Shown here piece after piece: positions 63,075 through 64,000 of a DNA stretch of 64,000 nucleotides. The notes below the pieces were generated by a model that saw nothing but the letters and a program-made list of their open reading frames with translations, had not been told where the DNA came from and did no database searches. The DNA is from Selaginella moellendorffii (Eukaryota; Plantae; Lycopodiophyta), in assembly GCF_000143415.4 (NCBI RefSeq), contig NW_003314327.1, forward strand, positions 1,002,725 to 1,066,724, in the 5' to 3' direction. Every line of letters starts with the position of its first letter. Positions within the stretch are counted from its first letter, which is position 1. The translations under genes were made by a program, and so were the position numbers.

Positions 63075-64000
63075 ACCGACATTCTTCTGCCGGAAACCAG
63101 ATCATACGGGCGCATCATAGTTACTGATGGCATAGACAACATCGAATCTGTAGTTTCATCTCATATTACGCAAGCCATGAGAATGGAAATCATACGACCA
63201 AACACGTTCTTGAAGTTCACAGACTACGCATTTTATGCAAACAATGGAAAAGAGTATGCATGTGGTTATATAGTGATTTTCAATTCTATGGTTTTACTTT
63301 TCTACAGGACTTTAACTGTTTTGGATGTAATGTATCTTCATAACAATATCTGGAGTCCAATTTCAACTTACAATATTCAACCCGAATCAAGCAAAGTGAG
63401 TAAAATGTCAAAAAAAACTTCAGCAAATCTTTTCATTGAATTTTTCCTTTCATTGTTAAAACAAAATGGTGCAGGCATCTAAGCATCATAGTGGTGTATC
63501 AAGTGTAAGTCTTTTTTCTTTGGAACCAATTTCACAAATTTTCTTTCTTTTTTTAAAAAAATTGTTATTGTAAATGTAGGAGAATGAGTCAAAGCGGCCA
63601 TTAATTGCTCAAACTGCAATTGCAAGCCTTACAAACCGTTCATATAAATGGTCATTTAAGGCGAGAGTCACTCACAAGGACACTCTTAGACAATTCACTA
63701 CAAAACACACAGGTTGGGTCTTTAATTTTTATGTGGCTGATTCTGCAAGCAGTGAGATTCGTATAGTCAGCTATGGTGAAACTGCACGTGCATTGTCAGA
63801 AAAAGTTATCCAAGGGGCCATTTATATATTTTCTGGAACATGTGGTCTTCGTTCTGCTAGTGAGCTCTACACGCCTTTTCCTGCAACTTGGGAGATACTT
63901 GCAGATAAAAAGATGGAGATTATGCCTACAGCAGATGATGAATGTATTCCACGTATTGTTCTTCACCGGAAATGTATTGCTGAAATACTTGACATCACTA
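63075..64000 (+). CDS. RPA70/RPA1-like ssDNA-binding protein, multi-exon and partial (exons ~63075-63253, 63308-63395, 63475-63504, 63580-64000+)
   Basis: GT-AG introns of 54, 79 and 75 nt splice in frame with no stops. The N-terminal part RIIVTDG..TLTVLDV resembles the RPA70N OB fold, and IASLTNRSYKWSFKARVTHK..VFNFYVADSASSEIRIVSY..IPR resembles DBD-A. Confidence 0.75.

Larger units (their letters stand above)
49878..64000 (+). mobile_element. Probable large Helitron (5' A|TC at 49877/49878; true 3' end probably beyond the window)
   Basis: The family A LTR breaks at an A^T dinucleotide and the new sequence begins TC. The region contains RepHel, hairpin-CTAG termini and an RPA70-like gene. 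Confidence 0.55.

Overview
Eukaryotic, repeat-dense plant DNA. The very short introns and retroelement types suggest a non-seed plant such as a lycophyte (inference). The window opens with the 3' end of a divergent Pol IV/V second-subunit (NRPD2/NRPE2-like) gene. From about 1.2 to 49.9 kb is a stack of nested LTR retrotransposons, resolved here by LTR, PBS, PPT and TSD: six copies or fragments of a non-coding LARD-like family (A), a near-intact chromovirus (C, 14912-22529), an RT-less tRNA-Trp-primed Ty3/gypsy element with a 4-bp TSD (D, 24432-30899), and a second non-coding LTR element (B, 31195-45864). From about 49.9 kb to the end is a probable large Helitron, with a decayed RepHel gene, tandemly repeated hairpin+CTAG termini and an intron-containing RPA70-like gene. 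The main discovery is that the chromovirus integrase is split by two, possibly three, 46-53 nt spliceosomal-type introns. Removing them exactly restores YHPQTDGQxER and the GPY/F motif, which implies a splice-gated integrase in an element that must replicate from unspliced RNA. Second, a multi-hairpin RNA element with tandem tRNA T-loop (box-B) mimics is shared, with compensatory changes, between the chromovirus 3' UTR and the non-autonomous family A.
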